From the NCBI RefSeq assembly GCF_006345805.1, contig NC_043008.1, forward strand, positions 46,500,001-46,564,000: a stretch of DNA of 64,000 nucleotides. The letters run 5' to 3'. The stretch is from Octopus sinensis. Its lineage: Eukaryota. The notes under the pieces were generated by a model. It had not been told where the DNA came from. It searched no databases and was given only the letters and a program-made list of their open reading frames with translations. Below are positions 52,078-64,000 of this stretch, one piece after another. Both the position numbers and the translations under genes were made by a program. The number at the start of each line of letters is the position of its first letter. Within the stretch, counting starts at the first letter, position 1.

Positions 52078-53090
52078 TTCCAGATTTATATAATTTTTAC
52101 CAATTCCATTTTTATTATTATCCCCAAAATTCTTTTATTATAACCCCATACCTTTTGTTGCAACCCAATTTTCTACTTTAATTTTTGTCTATTATAGTCT
52201 CTCTCTCTTCCTTTCATGGCTTTGCTTTGATGTAATGGCGTTATGCTACGCCATTGATTGTACACTTCCTTCTTTTATTACACAATGAATACCATCTTTA
52301 TTCCTATCCCCCTTTCCACTCTGTTGTAGTATTCTGGTCTTTATGTCTCTATCAGACATTCTCGTAGTAGTAAAGCTGGCATGGGAAGGATGTTAAATAG
52401 ATATATAAATAAAAGAACTTTGAACCTCATCTTTCGCATTTAACCCTATATCTCTGGTTGAATTTTATCATAGGAAAAACAGGATTATTTCTTAATTCTG
52501 GAGATGCCGACTAATCCCCTTCAATGCTATACATCTTAAATACAAGCTACCCACGTCGTGCTCTCTTCTGCTATAAGACCACTTATCTGATTTGGAAAAC
52601 TCATTCTACGACCAGCGTAGTTCGTGGAATAACGAAATATGCATTTGCCATGTTTTTAAATGTTTTAAATAGAGTGGCTCCTGTATCCATCCGAAGAAAA
52701 CGGGTCTTTTTTTATAATTAACCAATTACCCATTAACCAGTTAACAAATTTATTGGAATCAGCTGCAATGAATTGATACATATCCATCGCTTGTTATTGG
52801 TTTATTTACCATTAAAGTCTCCCGCAACCTGCTCCTGTCGTGTACCGGAGTATATTGTTGACCGTATATTTAAACCGCGTGTTTCTGGATTAGCCCAAGG
52901 GCTGGTAGTATCATCTGTAGAGTTCAAATAATTGTATACATAATTTGAATATCTTTCTGCCTGTTCTTCGGTAGACAAATCTGATTTCAGTAATAACAGA
53001 ATTCGTATTTGCCTATCTATTTCTATATCCTCTATTATTATCGTATATTCTTGTTGCATTTTTGTTGCGTCTCTATACATATATTAATGC
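51390..53090 (-). repeat. Unclassified old interspersed repeat, copy 2 (with extra segment at about 51620-52400)
   Basis: Homologous to 48950-49760. ORF 52802-53080 shares QAERYS..VY..TSPW.NPE..GLNIRS with copy 1. Confidence 0.7.
51915..52075. repeat. (TAT)n microsatellite
   Basis: Directly visible. Confidence 0.95.
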
Positions 53091-53204
53091 TGCATTGTAT
53101 TTATATTATATATGCACTCAAAAAATATATTTGTTACCTATTATATTACCCATTTATACTTATATTTTTTACACATTTATACACATTAATTACTTAAATA
53201 TTTA

Positions 53205-53392
53205 TAAGCTATTATAAATATATTAACCCTAGTTGTTCTTCATAATTAATTATAGGTTAAGTAAAAGATTAATTAACATATTTTATTTTATACTTTTAAG
53301 CTATTATAAATATATTAACCCTAGTTGTTCTTCATAATTAATTATAGGTTAAGTAAAATATTAATTAACATATTTTATTTTATACTTTTAAG
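53205..53392. repeat. 92-bp tandem duplication with 1 mismatch
   Basis: TAAGCTATTATAAATATATTAACCCTAG... starts at 53205 and again at 53297. Confidence 0.93.
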
Positions 53393-53837
53393 AACAATCC
53401 ATAATATATTGTATTACTTAAATTCTTATACTTACTTTCGCAATTAATTTTATTTGATAGTTGAATATGCTTTATTACTATATTTTATTCTTCATTTTCA
53501 TTTTTATAATATCTTCTCTAAACATACTACATGAGCCACCACCCCTTGTAAAGTTTATACCATGTTGTTTCTATAAAACATTAATCGCTGAGCGAATACG
53601 CTCCTTCCACTCAACACACGAAGATATGAAAATGTAATGGTGTGTATTTCTTTATCTCCGACGAGATTCAACTTTATAACGTTTTCATTTATACTAATTA
53701 AATTGTAATGTTTTGAATCAAAACAGTTGTCACAGATGAAGTCTAATTTTGTAATTAATAAATAATTATTAATTTAAATATCTCTATTTTCTAATTTTCT
53801 TTCATATATATATATCATTATATCTGAAAATCTCTCG

Positions 53838-54066
53838 GTTGCCATAAGAAAACTCCGAATTTCGCATATCGGGGCGTAAATCTTCTCCGGCATCTCGCTA
53901 GTTATTATGACAGATAAAAATGCTATGAAAATGACCGTTAAGCAAAGGTAATTTCCCTTTGTTTAACCGTCATTTTCATAGAATTTTTGTTTGTCTTAAT
54001 AATTGACGAGATACCGGACAGATTTCCGCCCCGATATGCGAAATTCGGAGTTTTATTCTGGCAAGT
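53838..54066. mobile_element. Fold-back MITE-like hairpin (arms of about 110 bp)
   Basis: AAAACTCCGAATTTCGCATATCGGGGCG pairs with CGCCCCGATATGCGAAATTCGGAGTTTT. Centre is AAAGGTAATTTCCCTTT. Confidence 0.8.
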
Positions 54067-54336
54067 GAATAATTGTCACATATTATATTAAAGATAATTT
54101 TGTTGTCATAATATTACTATCAGTATATATATATATTATATATATATATATTATATATATATATAATATATATACAGAGAGAGAGGGTGGCGATAAAGGT
54201 TAAGTACATGAATATTATATCTTGGAAGATCGATAGAAGAGTGTGGGCGAATAGTCAATATCAGAATATAAAATATTGATATTAACTCCGGCATGTAGAA
54301 CATATTATCTTCATCAGTTCATAAGTGAGAGACATT

Positions 54337-54670
54337 ACTACAGTTAAGGGTCACGACCATAACCTGAACTCAAACATTTCTACAAAGAGAGCTCTCATAT
54401 ATGACATGTGTTTTGTTTTAACATATTTACCTCTAACACTAACACTAACACTGAATTATAAAGTAGATATTTAATTTGAACTCTTTCATGCCTACTGGTG
54501 AGTCACCTTCCTAAGGTCCATGATCTCATCATTCTATTTTTGAAATATCGAACTGAAATCCTTCCATCAACTTTTCATGTTAATCTATTTCCTATATATA
54601 CTGTCTGAGATATTTTACGCATATCTTTCGTGCTTTCAAATTTAATTGAAGGCAAAGTATTTCATCACGA
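54337..54670 (+). repeat. Interspersed repeat, probable DNA-transposon end (copy 2)
   Basis: Aligns as the reverse complement of 46720-47052. Confidence 0.7.
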
Positions 54671-54732
54671 AATACAATATTTCAACACGCGTCTTTACAC
54701 CAGGAAGTACAAATTCACAGCATTCACAACTG

Positions 54733-54763
<31 letters not shown>

Positions 54764-54813
54764 ATGTGTATATATCTATATATCTATATATCTATATGTA
54801 TATGCGTGTTATA

Positions 54814-54850
<37 letters not shown>

Positions 54851-54869
54851 GTGTGTATATGTGTATATA

Positions 54870-54932
<63 letters not shown>

Positions 54933-54941
54933 GTGAGTGTG

Positions 54942-54987
<46 letters not shown>

Positions 54988-55208
54988 TATGTATATGTAT
55001 GTACGTATGTATATAATTTGAATAATGTGGGAAAATGAATTTCCTCATCGATCAGGTACACGCCCTTTAACATTTCATGCCTTTTAATACGGAAAATATA
55101 TACCACGTATTCCACACCACCATATCGTGCAGTGGGTTCATGATTATAATATATTTATATATATATTTATACAGAAATATACAAAATATATAATAATAGA
55201 AAATAATA

Positions 55209-56210
55209 ATATTTCAGTTATAGAGATTTTCAGTCAATAGGTTTGCGTGTATTCCATTTCAGATAATGAAAAAAGAACGTAACTAGTATTTATGATGGAA
55301 AACCCGTGATAATTATAGGCACATCAAAAAATAATATGTGAGGATAAAACCAGTAGAATAGCAAGTACACGTGTTTCTGTATTGGAAGATCAGAATATCT
55401 GTAATCATTAGATTTATAATTCTACCAACACTTCTTCAGGTTCATTTTTCAAAATATTGTTCAGCTATTTTAAATCACCATAAAAATTAAACGTTGAATG
55501 AAAACTTAAAAATAATATTTATTAAATATTTTGAAATATTACATTATTAAATTATATATCACTCTCAATATAGTTGGATAGAATATAATAATAGAAGCCG
55601 ATAATTTTACTTAAACAAGGCATAGTCGAATTACTCCACTTAGAAATAATCACCTATAAATTCCCATAGTGCTCTGCTATAATCACTTCCGCTAATCGCC
55701 ATTTTGAATGACATCTTGTCCTATCACAAGTGGATATTTACCGTTATTTTTTACGTTTCATCAGAGTCCTCCTCATTCTGATTTATAATTTTGTATTTGA
55801 CTTTCTAAGCTTGATATATGTAGGCTAATTTATATTTATAATTTTTAATTATTAATTATGTAAAGTGTATTTTCAATTTAACGCTTAATATTTATGGTGA
55901 TTTATGGTGAACAATATTTTGGTAGAAGTGTTGGTAGAATTATAAATTTGATGATTACATATATTCTGATCTTCCAGTACAGGAACACGTGTAGTTCCTT
56001 TCTAATTATAATTTCAAATCAAGTAAGGGCTTATTAAGGTAGTATATTTTATACCCAGCTATAGTACTGGTTTTATCCTCAAGTGTTATGGCTTTATGTC
56101 TATATAAATACCACGAGGTTCCAATCATAATGACTCGTTATGTCCTTTTTGCGTTATCTGAAATGGAATACCCACAAATCTATTGATTGTAATCCCAATA
56201 ACTGAAATAT
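55209..56210. mobile_element. Non-autonomous DNA transposon of about 1 kb with diverged TIRs of about 240 bp
   Basis: 55209-55440 is the imperfect reverse complement of 55920-56210. Termini are ATATTTCAGTTAT and ATAACTGAAATAT. Confidence 0.72.
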
Positions 56211-56214
56211 ATAT

Positions 56215-56406
56215 ATCACGTGATCACGTGACCGACCAGTCCATCAGATGTAGTTACACATCGCTAGTCACAGAAGAAAGAGTGGTGAAAGAGTACAGCA
56301 GGGATCACCACCCTCAATAAACACTCACAACGCCCGGTCTGGGAATCGAAACCGCGATCCTACGACCGCGAGTCCGCTGCCGTAACAACTAGGCCATTGC
56401 GCCTCC
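56215..56406 (-). mobile_element. tRNA-derived SINE, internally deleted
   Basis: Head GGAGGCGCAATGGCCTAGTTG...GGTTTCGATTCCC with A/B-box-like motifs. Confidence 0.75.
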
Positions 56407-56415
56407 ATATATATA

Positions 56416-56573
<158 letters not shown>

Positions 56574-57806
56574 AGAGAGGGAGATGTATATATAGGTATA
56601 CATATATACATTTATTGAATAAAAATACGTAAGTATTGCACAATGTATTTCAATTTGAAATACGATTCAGAGCAGAAAATTGTTGATAAATTGTAAAAAA
56701 TATGTTAGAGGTTTTCCTCGTTTTGTTTTATTTATCTAAACAATTAGAAACTTAATATTCAGCAGTCGTCAGACATAGAGTGATATCTGGATATTTTCTC
56801 CACGATGTATGCAAGTTGACAGAAATGTACATTGTATTGTCACATTGATGAACGGGAAATTACTGTATACAGTGAAATGATAGGAAAATATGAATGATGC
56901 TTAAAATTCAGAAAGATTGATATATTATACATAAAATTGCATTTTTAGAAAGGAAATCAAATGTTCGTCTTCAAATACATGCTTGATCAGTATTAATGTT
57001 AAACTTTATCATTTCTGTATATAATGTGAATTTAAAATGATTCTGTTATCAGTAATTTTATTGTTTGCACTGTTAGGCTTTCGGTGATTTTCTGCATGCA
57101 ATATGTAAATACAAAGCAACGCTGACAGAGAAGCGAACATGAAACCTTTGCAAACTACCGTTCCCTATTATCCGTCGGAAAAGGAAAAGTGGTAACATGA
57201 AATATTCAGGAGATGTATCTTATATTTTATCTTTTGTCGGCACTTGTACGACACACAGACAATACATCAATCATGTAAATACTTGAAAATACTTTCAACA
57301 TAATGAAAGCATTGAGTTGGACAATACAAGTGGAGATTTGAAGCAGGCTATGAGCTAGTGAGAAAAGACGATTCGACAAAGGAATTCTTTTGTGATAGAA
57401 CAGAGTCTATATAATGCCGAACCTCTTCCATAATACGTTAACACGTATACGCACAAAATCAAACACATCTTCAACAATAAGAAATGTCTCCTTGAATGTT
57501 AGAGTATATAGTTTCTATAAACGTATCAGTTTAGATATGCAGAGGACAGACAATTTATACATGAGAGTCAGGTCATGGAAAGCCTCTTATTCTATGCAAA
57601 ATGGCCCTATACATTAGTGAATGCATACATACACACTTCAAATACACCTAGTTTACTATCTGTCGATAAAATTCTGCCTCCTATTAAAAGATGATATCTG
57701 CTTACATTCCATTTATAAGTATTTTCCTAACAATAATTTTTAATGTCACTTTTCCATTCTTTCCTCTTTCTCTCACTCTCTTACACACACATACACACAC
57801 ACACAC

Positions 57807-57864
<58 letters not shown>

Positions 57865-58442
57865 TCAGATGAATATGGTAATATAGTTGAGGTACCAGAG
57901 TTTAGTACGGTATTATCCATACAATTTCAAAGTAAGGGGATTAAAATCAAAATAACAACCAAGGATATCCAGAGGTAATGCAGTACGATCGTTTCATGCA
58001 ACTCCATTTCTTTGAACAATGCAATCATTACATCAATTTAAAAATACAGAGAAATCTGCAGCTTTTGCAGCCTTAGAACCTTGATTAGAAACAAAAGGAT
58101 CTGTCGAAAATGCTAGTTTTTCTTAACTTGACATTCTAATTTAATGATATGAAAATGAACAAATATTGAATAAAATTAACTAGAAAAAAGAGAAAGCAGA
58201 TTCCAAAATGATTAAAAATACAATTCTCGAAAACAAAAATAGATTACAAAATTTAAAAACGAAATAAATTCCAATATTTAAAAAAACGGTGGGAATTTAG
58301 TTGCCAACCCAATATTTATATATATGTATATTTATATATATATTTATGTACACACACACACAAATATATAATTAAATGTTGGGGTGGGGAGAGATATAAG
58401 ATAGTAGAAGAGGGTGAGGAATGGGGAGAAAGTGAGAGAGTG

Positions 58443-58483
<41 letters not shown>

Positions 58484-58713
58484 ATGTGCGCGCGTGTGGG
58501 TGGGTGTCTGTGTATCTGAAAGGCGTGTCAATGGAAAAGGGAAGAAAAGGAAGAAGGAGGAGAGAAAGAAGAAAAAATGTGTTTACATCTTTGCAGCTGG
58601 TCAGACTTTCAATAGTAAATGATTCTTGCTTTTTAAAAATAGTAAACCAAGCTGGTCATATATATATATGTGTGTGTGTTGTGTGTGTGTGTATATATAT
58701 ATATAGATGTGTG

Positions 58714-58787
<74 letters not shown>

Positions 58788-58825
58788 TATATATACGCGA
58801 GAAAGAAGCAACAAGAATGGATAGG

Positions 58826-58918
58826 TTTTTAGTACAATCGTTTCATACAAGGACAGGCTTTATTAAAAGTTGTAAAAATTACAGCATATAAACGTGTCCC
58901 GTACTCATCAGCTAAATA
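58826..58918 (-). ncRNA. Type I hammerhead ribozyme, extended stem II (copy D, sense arm)
   Basis: UUUAG-CUGAUGA-GUAC GGGAC...GUCCU U GUAU-GAAAC-GAUU-GUA-CUAAA. Confidence 0.88.
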
Positions 58919-60366
58919 CATGTGAGTTCTCTAGACATCCTAGTGGTTGAGGCTATACTCATGAAGTAATGTAGATAATTAAGTAACATAAACAGATTTC
59001 CAAAGTTCATTAAAGTTCTTTAAAGATGATGTACAGTCTTATCACAGAATTTTAAAAAAGTTCTAATAGCATCACAGAGAAGGTGACCTAATCCATAGAG
59101 CACATATGAATTTCCAGAGATATGATGAGGGATTACATACTCACAGAAGACAAATTTATCCATTGTTAATCACAACGAGGTGGGTCTCAATTCCTGCTTA
59201 TTAGCATTACAGAGAGGGTGAATTAATCCTTTGTATAGATGCACAATTTCCAATGGTGTAGATGTAAGTTTCCAGAGAAATGAAGAGGAATTTCATATTC
59301 ACAGGCGATAAATTTATCAATGGTTGAACACAATGAGGTAGGTATCAATTCTTGTTATATGATTAGGTATTTGCCACATTAATCACATTACTGCTATTTA
59401 CAAGAGGCTGTAGCTTATAAAGGCTGAAGGGCCTTCTGGAGAGGCCAAGAATAGAAAGGGAAGGGAATAGAAGAAAAGAGAGAAAATAAGGGAGGAGGGA
59501 GCAAAAAAAGGGGGGGGGGGGACTAAAAGAGAAGAGAAAAGGAAAAAGAGAATAAGAAGAAGAAACAGAAAAAAGAGAAAAGAGAAAGAAATAGGGAAAG
59601 AAGGGAAAAAAATAAAAATAAAAAAGGGGGTTCTAGTTATTCAGAAGAATTAGTAGACGGCAAGTCTGGTTTTAATTTACAGGCATCTATGAACTAGAGG
59701 AGAATATTATTCTTTGGCCAGTAAAACAGTTAATTTATTGCTGTTGAAATCAGCTATGAATTTAAAGAGAATCTAAAGAGATAACACAGTCAGGGGTTTA
59801 GGGGTCAGATGCTAAAATCAAAAGAAAATACATTAGGAAAATCTAAGTATAATCTTATCAAAAAGTCAATAAAACTTACTTATTAATTTATTCATTTTAT
59901 TGTCTTAAGGAGTTGCCTTTATTATTCATACATTGACGGACTACAGGTCAAATCTTAGAAGATCATTTACAAGGTGTTAGGGGATTGTCTATCATAATGA
60001 AGATAATCATATTATCACCGAGGGGGTAGCCTTATTTATTTAATTTTGAAATAGAATTATGGGGCTATAGTATCTCATTTTATTTTATTAGAGTTATGCT
60101 ACTTAAATTAGATTAAGTTAGGAACCAAAATTAAAAATTACAATTAAGATTTAAAATTAAGAATTTAAAAGATTATGAGTTTGAAATTAGGTAAAGCCTC
60201 AATTAAGCAGCGTATAAGTACTATTCATTTCCCTGTTCTCAAAAAACTGATGCAGATATAAGGAAAAAGATAACTGTGGTGTGAGAACTCTTAGTTATCT
60301 ACTTAAAGCAGTGCTATACTAGTAGAAATCAAGTTATATCTATCTGTCTAGTTACGGATATTCTAA

Positions 60367-61554
60367 TCATTTAAAATATTTTAAAGTCTTCAATTTAGCG
60401 TGGACACAAACTTGACCTAGTTCGATATGATTATTCAATAAGTTTCTATGTTTTCTATGCTTTAGAATTTCATACGTCTCCATGGAGCATAGTTGGCAAC
60501 CAACCCTACTATTTTTATAGGGAATTGCTCTCCTAACTATTTCCCAATTAAGGTTATAATTTTTATTATTATTTTTGAGTTCCCAGATTTTGTTTGAAAG
60601 TGTGGTGGTACCAGCTTTATGACGTAAGTTAAAAGACGAGATGTGATTTCTAACTCTGGCTAGAAAATTAATTGTACATCCAACGTAAAGATATTTGTTA
60701 TTCTCCGTGGATATGGTACATTTATAGATTACATTATTTTCCCCACATAGACCAGGTGCCGGGCATTTTGATTTTATTCTACACTTACACACAGGAGGAG
60801 CAACTTCAGGCTTTGGATTATTCTTGGGTAGATGTCTTAGGTTCCTATTATTTTGATTATCATTTCTATAGTTGGTGCTGATATCTAAATTATTGCTATT
60901 ATTTATTGATCCTTCAGCTTCATCATTTAGGTTTAAAGTCCTACCATGATTTCTTATATTATTGGTAATGTTACTATTATTGTTAGTCTTTTTTTCCGAC
61001 TGCATATTGCTGTTATAAATATCACTGATATTTTCATTCTCCTTATTTTCTCCATTAGCCTTATGTCTATTATTTCTATTATTAACATTATTACTTCTAT
61101 TAATATCGGCATTGTTATTATTACTATTAATGTTAATGTTATTAGTCATTCTGTGGTTACTAATTTCACCTAAGTTTTGATAGTTGCTATTGTTGTTTTT
61201 ATTGTTGGTAGTATTATTATAATTGCTATTGGTATTCATGCTGATATTATTATTTTTATTTCTATCTTTCCTGGCTAGTTTAATGTTTTTATTATTAATC
61301 TTAGCTATTAAAGTGGACATATTTGGGAGGGTTGAATAAGAAATCCTAACTGTTTTCCTAGATATAATTCTATGATATCTATGAGAGATAGGGAAATTTT
61401 TTTCCAGAATTACTTTGAATTTGTTCTGTAAATCCGATTGTATCGCACAGTTGAAAGGGATATTCAGCCATAATATATCTTTTTTTATTAAATTTAGGGT
61501 TCGTAGAATTACTTTTTTATTAAATTTAGGGTTCGTAGAATTACTACTATTCAT
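60367..61554 (-). CDS. 395-aa PLE linker plus GIY-YIG endonuclease ORF with no RT domain
   Basis: WLNIPFN..ISYSTLPNM linker, Asn-rich spacer, CKCR..CP..GLC, VIYKC/LYVG, R..NH, CQLCSMETYEI and C-terminal CVH. Uninterrupted frame. Confidence 0.85.
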   Translation of the reverse strand: MNSSNSTNPKFNKKVILRTLNLIKKDILWLNIPFNCAIQSDLQNKFKVILEKNFPISHRYHRIISRKTVRISYSTLPNMSTLIAKINNKNIKLARKDRNKNNNISMNTNSNYNNTTNNKNNNSNYQNLGEISNHRMTNNININSNNNNADINRSNNVNNRNNRHKANGENKENENISDIYNSNMQSEKKTNNNSNITNNIRNHGRTLNLNDEAEGSINNSNNLDISTNYRNDNQNNRNLRHLPKNNPKPEVAPPVCKCRIKSKCPAPGLCGENNVIYKCTISTENNKYLYVGCTINFLARVRNHISSFNLRHKAGTTTLSNKIWELKNNNKNYNLNWEIVRRAIPYKNSRVGCQLCSMETYEILKHRKHRNLLNNHIELGQVCVHAKLKTLKYFK

Positions 61555-62247
61555 CTCACCGGAGTTATTGTATTTATTACCATTATTTTTATTTTTATTT
61601 TTCTTCTTCTTATTCTCTTTTTCCTTTTCTCTTCTCTTTTACTCCCCTTCCCCCCTTTTTTTGCTCCCTCCTCCCTTATTTTCTCTCTTTTCTTCTATTC
61701 CCTTCCCTTTCTATTCTTGGCCTCTCCAGAAGGCCCTTCAGCCTTTATAAGCTACAGCCTCTTGTAAATAGCAGTAATGTGATTAATGTGGCAAATACCT
61801 AATCATATAACAAGAATTGATACCTACCTCATTGTGTTCAACCATTGATAAATTTATCGCCTGTGAATATGAAATTCCTCTTCATTTCTCTGGAAACTTA
61901 CATCTACACCATTGGAAATTGTGCATCTATACAAAGGATTAATTCACCCTCTCTGTAATGCTAATAAGCAGGAATTGAGACCCACCTCGTTGTGATTAAC
62001 AATGGATAAATTTGTCTTCTGTGAGTATGTAATCCCTCATCATATCTCTGGAAATTCATATGTGCTCTATGGATTAGGTCACCTTCTCTGTGATGCTATT
62101 AGAACTTTTTAAAATTCTGTGATAAGACTGTACATCATCTTTAAAGAACTTTAATGAACTTTGGAAATCTGTTTATGTTACTTAATTATCTACATTACTT
62201 CATGAGTATAGCCTCAACCACTAGGATGTCTAGAGAACTCACATGTA

Positions 62248-62338
62248 TTTTAGCTGATGAGTACGGGACACGTTTATATGCTGTAATTTTTACAACTTTT
62301 AATAAAGCCTGTCCTTGTATGAAACGATTGTACTAAAA
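62248..62338 (+). ncRNA. Type I hammerhead ribozyme, extended stem II (copy D, inverted arm)
   Basis: Same core and stems on the plus strand. Confidence 0.88.
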
Positions 62339-62487
62339 ACCTATCCATTCTTGTTGCTTCTTTCTCGCTTATAATCACCCCACATTACTGTATTGTTAAA
62401 ACAGTATAGTTTTTTTTGGTGCATCTAAGTTAGGTACCATATTCAAGTAAATTCATTTAAATTAACTTGAATCTTTATTGCTTTTTG

Positions 62488-62518
<31 letters not shown>

Positions 62519-63441
62519 TATATAGATATAGATATATGTATATATATACAAAATCAATTGCAGCGTGGAAGGTGTATAAGCCATTTAAGAAACACACAAA
62601 CACCGTTAGATTGACTTCAACATTTAAATTTAATTTGTCAAAATATTTTCGTCGCTTTCAGACCGCGACCTGTTCACTGACAAAGTTCCGTGCAGCATCT
62701 GAGAAAGTAACAGTTAGTCCATGATATATATGTACGTATGTATGTTTGTATGTATGTGCGCATGTATATATATTGGCGATCGATTATTGACTTTTACGTA
62801 ATACTTAAATAAATAAAAAAAGGAACTATATAAACTATTCATCAATCTGACGTCCTTGTACTAGCTTCCTATTTACTGAAAAATATAGTAGAAGTGACAG
62901 ATGACGGTTAACAATTTCTTAAATATGATTTTCAAATAACATATAGCTCCTTGTTTAGTATTTCTGACCAGTATTTTCTATAAGGATTTTTTAAAATAAA
63001 TATATGTTGGATATAATAGCGAGGAAGTCTAAAATTAAATATTAGATATATAAGCAAGCAAGCCCTTCAAAGTTTTGAGTCTCGATTCATATAACTGTGA
63101 ATGGAAAAAATGAATATAAAGATACCTAAATAATAATGATAGGTTAGAAAAAAATTCTATGTATATTTTAAATGAATTTTAAAAAAAATTTATTTGACTT
63201 TAAATCTCACTTACTGTAGCGTAAACATTCGACCTTTTATGATGTTCTCGTCATGGAAATACTGATCCTTCAGTCCGAAACATTTGTCTGGGAATATGAA
63301 CTAAAAGCATAATCCATTTTAACATCCAATCTGTTTCATTTAATTTATTTAACGAAATTGATTAAACTTTAATAATTTAAGCATGACATTGATTATTTCT
63401 TTATACATACATACATGCATATATACATACATATATATATA

Positions 63442-63492
<51 letters not shown>

Positions 63493-64000
63493 TACACACT
63501 TCGCAAAATCTACATACCTAGATATTGCTTATACTCTTAGCATGCGAAAATGTTCTCAGTTACATACTTCAAATACCGTGGAAAGGCGGCTACTGAAGGA
63601 AAATGTTACAAGTTTCCATTTCCCAAAATAAAATGAAAAATTCATAATCCGTAATAAGGTTTTTTAAAGAAAAAAAATGTCCATCGAAAACGCGCTTAAC
63701 GAACAAAACAGAGTAAAATTAATCATTAAATAAATCACGAAGATCGACATCACACGTGAGAAATAACACCAATAAAACAAAACCAAAGAGCAGAACAAGT
63801 GTCGAATGCCAACGAAAATAGAACCAGAACAACAGAAATATTAAAAAGAAAATCAACAATATGTTAGATTTATGAACAGGAAATTCCTAAGATTGGATTC
63901 ATGTACCTAACAATAATCTAAATGTAGAAATGATTAAAGAATTGAAATCAATAGATCATATTCATAGGAATGTATACCACTTGTATAAAATCAAACGAAC

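Larger units (their letters stand above)
58797..62487 (-). mobile_element. Penelope-like element copy D: RT-less GIY-YIG ORF between 769-bp inverted pLTR arms, inserted in (TA)n
   Basis: 58797-59565 is the near-identical reverse complement of 61600-62368. The right arm extends about 120 bp further. UTR is homologous to copy B. Confidence 0.93.

Noticed and set aside
61810-62100. Tandem units read as a CRISPR-like array
   Set aside because: Eukaryotic context, two diverged units, no unique spacers.
62640-62685. Minus-strand CAGUGAA..GAAAGCGAC hammerhead-like string
   Set aside because: Lacks CUGANGA.

Overview
AT-rich eukaryotic DNA dense in microsatellites and repeats. The SINEs and repeat ends look like Octopus (cephalopod); this is an inference from repeat recognition, not a search. 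No host protein-coding exon can be supported. The window is dominated by Penelope-like elements (PLEs). Three copies of one GIY-YIG family (97-2558, 22431-24297, 58797-62487) carry a hammerhead ribozyme (HHR) with an unusually long, covarying stem II. At least three other PLE families leave endonuclease or HHR fragments, giving about 14 HHR-like loci in 64 kb, many degenerate. Most of these insertions sit in (TA)n tracts and share an asymmetric inverted-end architecture. The youngest copy is an RT-less, uninterrupted 395-aa GIY-YIG ORF between near-identical 769-bp inverted arms, each ending in an HHR. Also present: RTE, CR1/L2, R4/Dong-like and Tx1/L1 LINE remnants, a Gypsy 5' LTR-gag-protease remnant, mariner and Tc1 remnants, tRNA-derived SINEs, fold-back MITEs and several palindromes. 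Most short ORFs in the supplied track are microsatellite artefacts.
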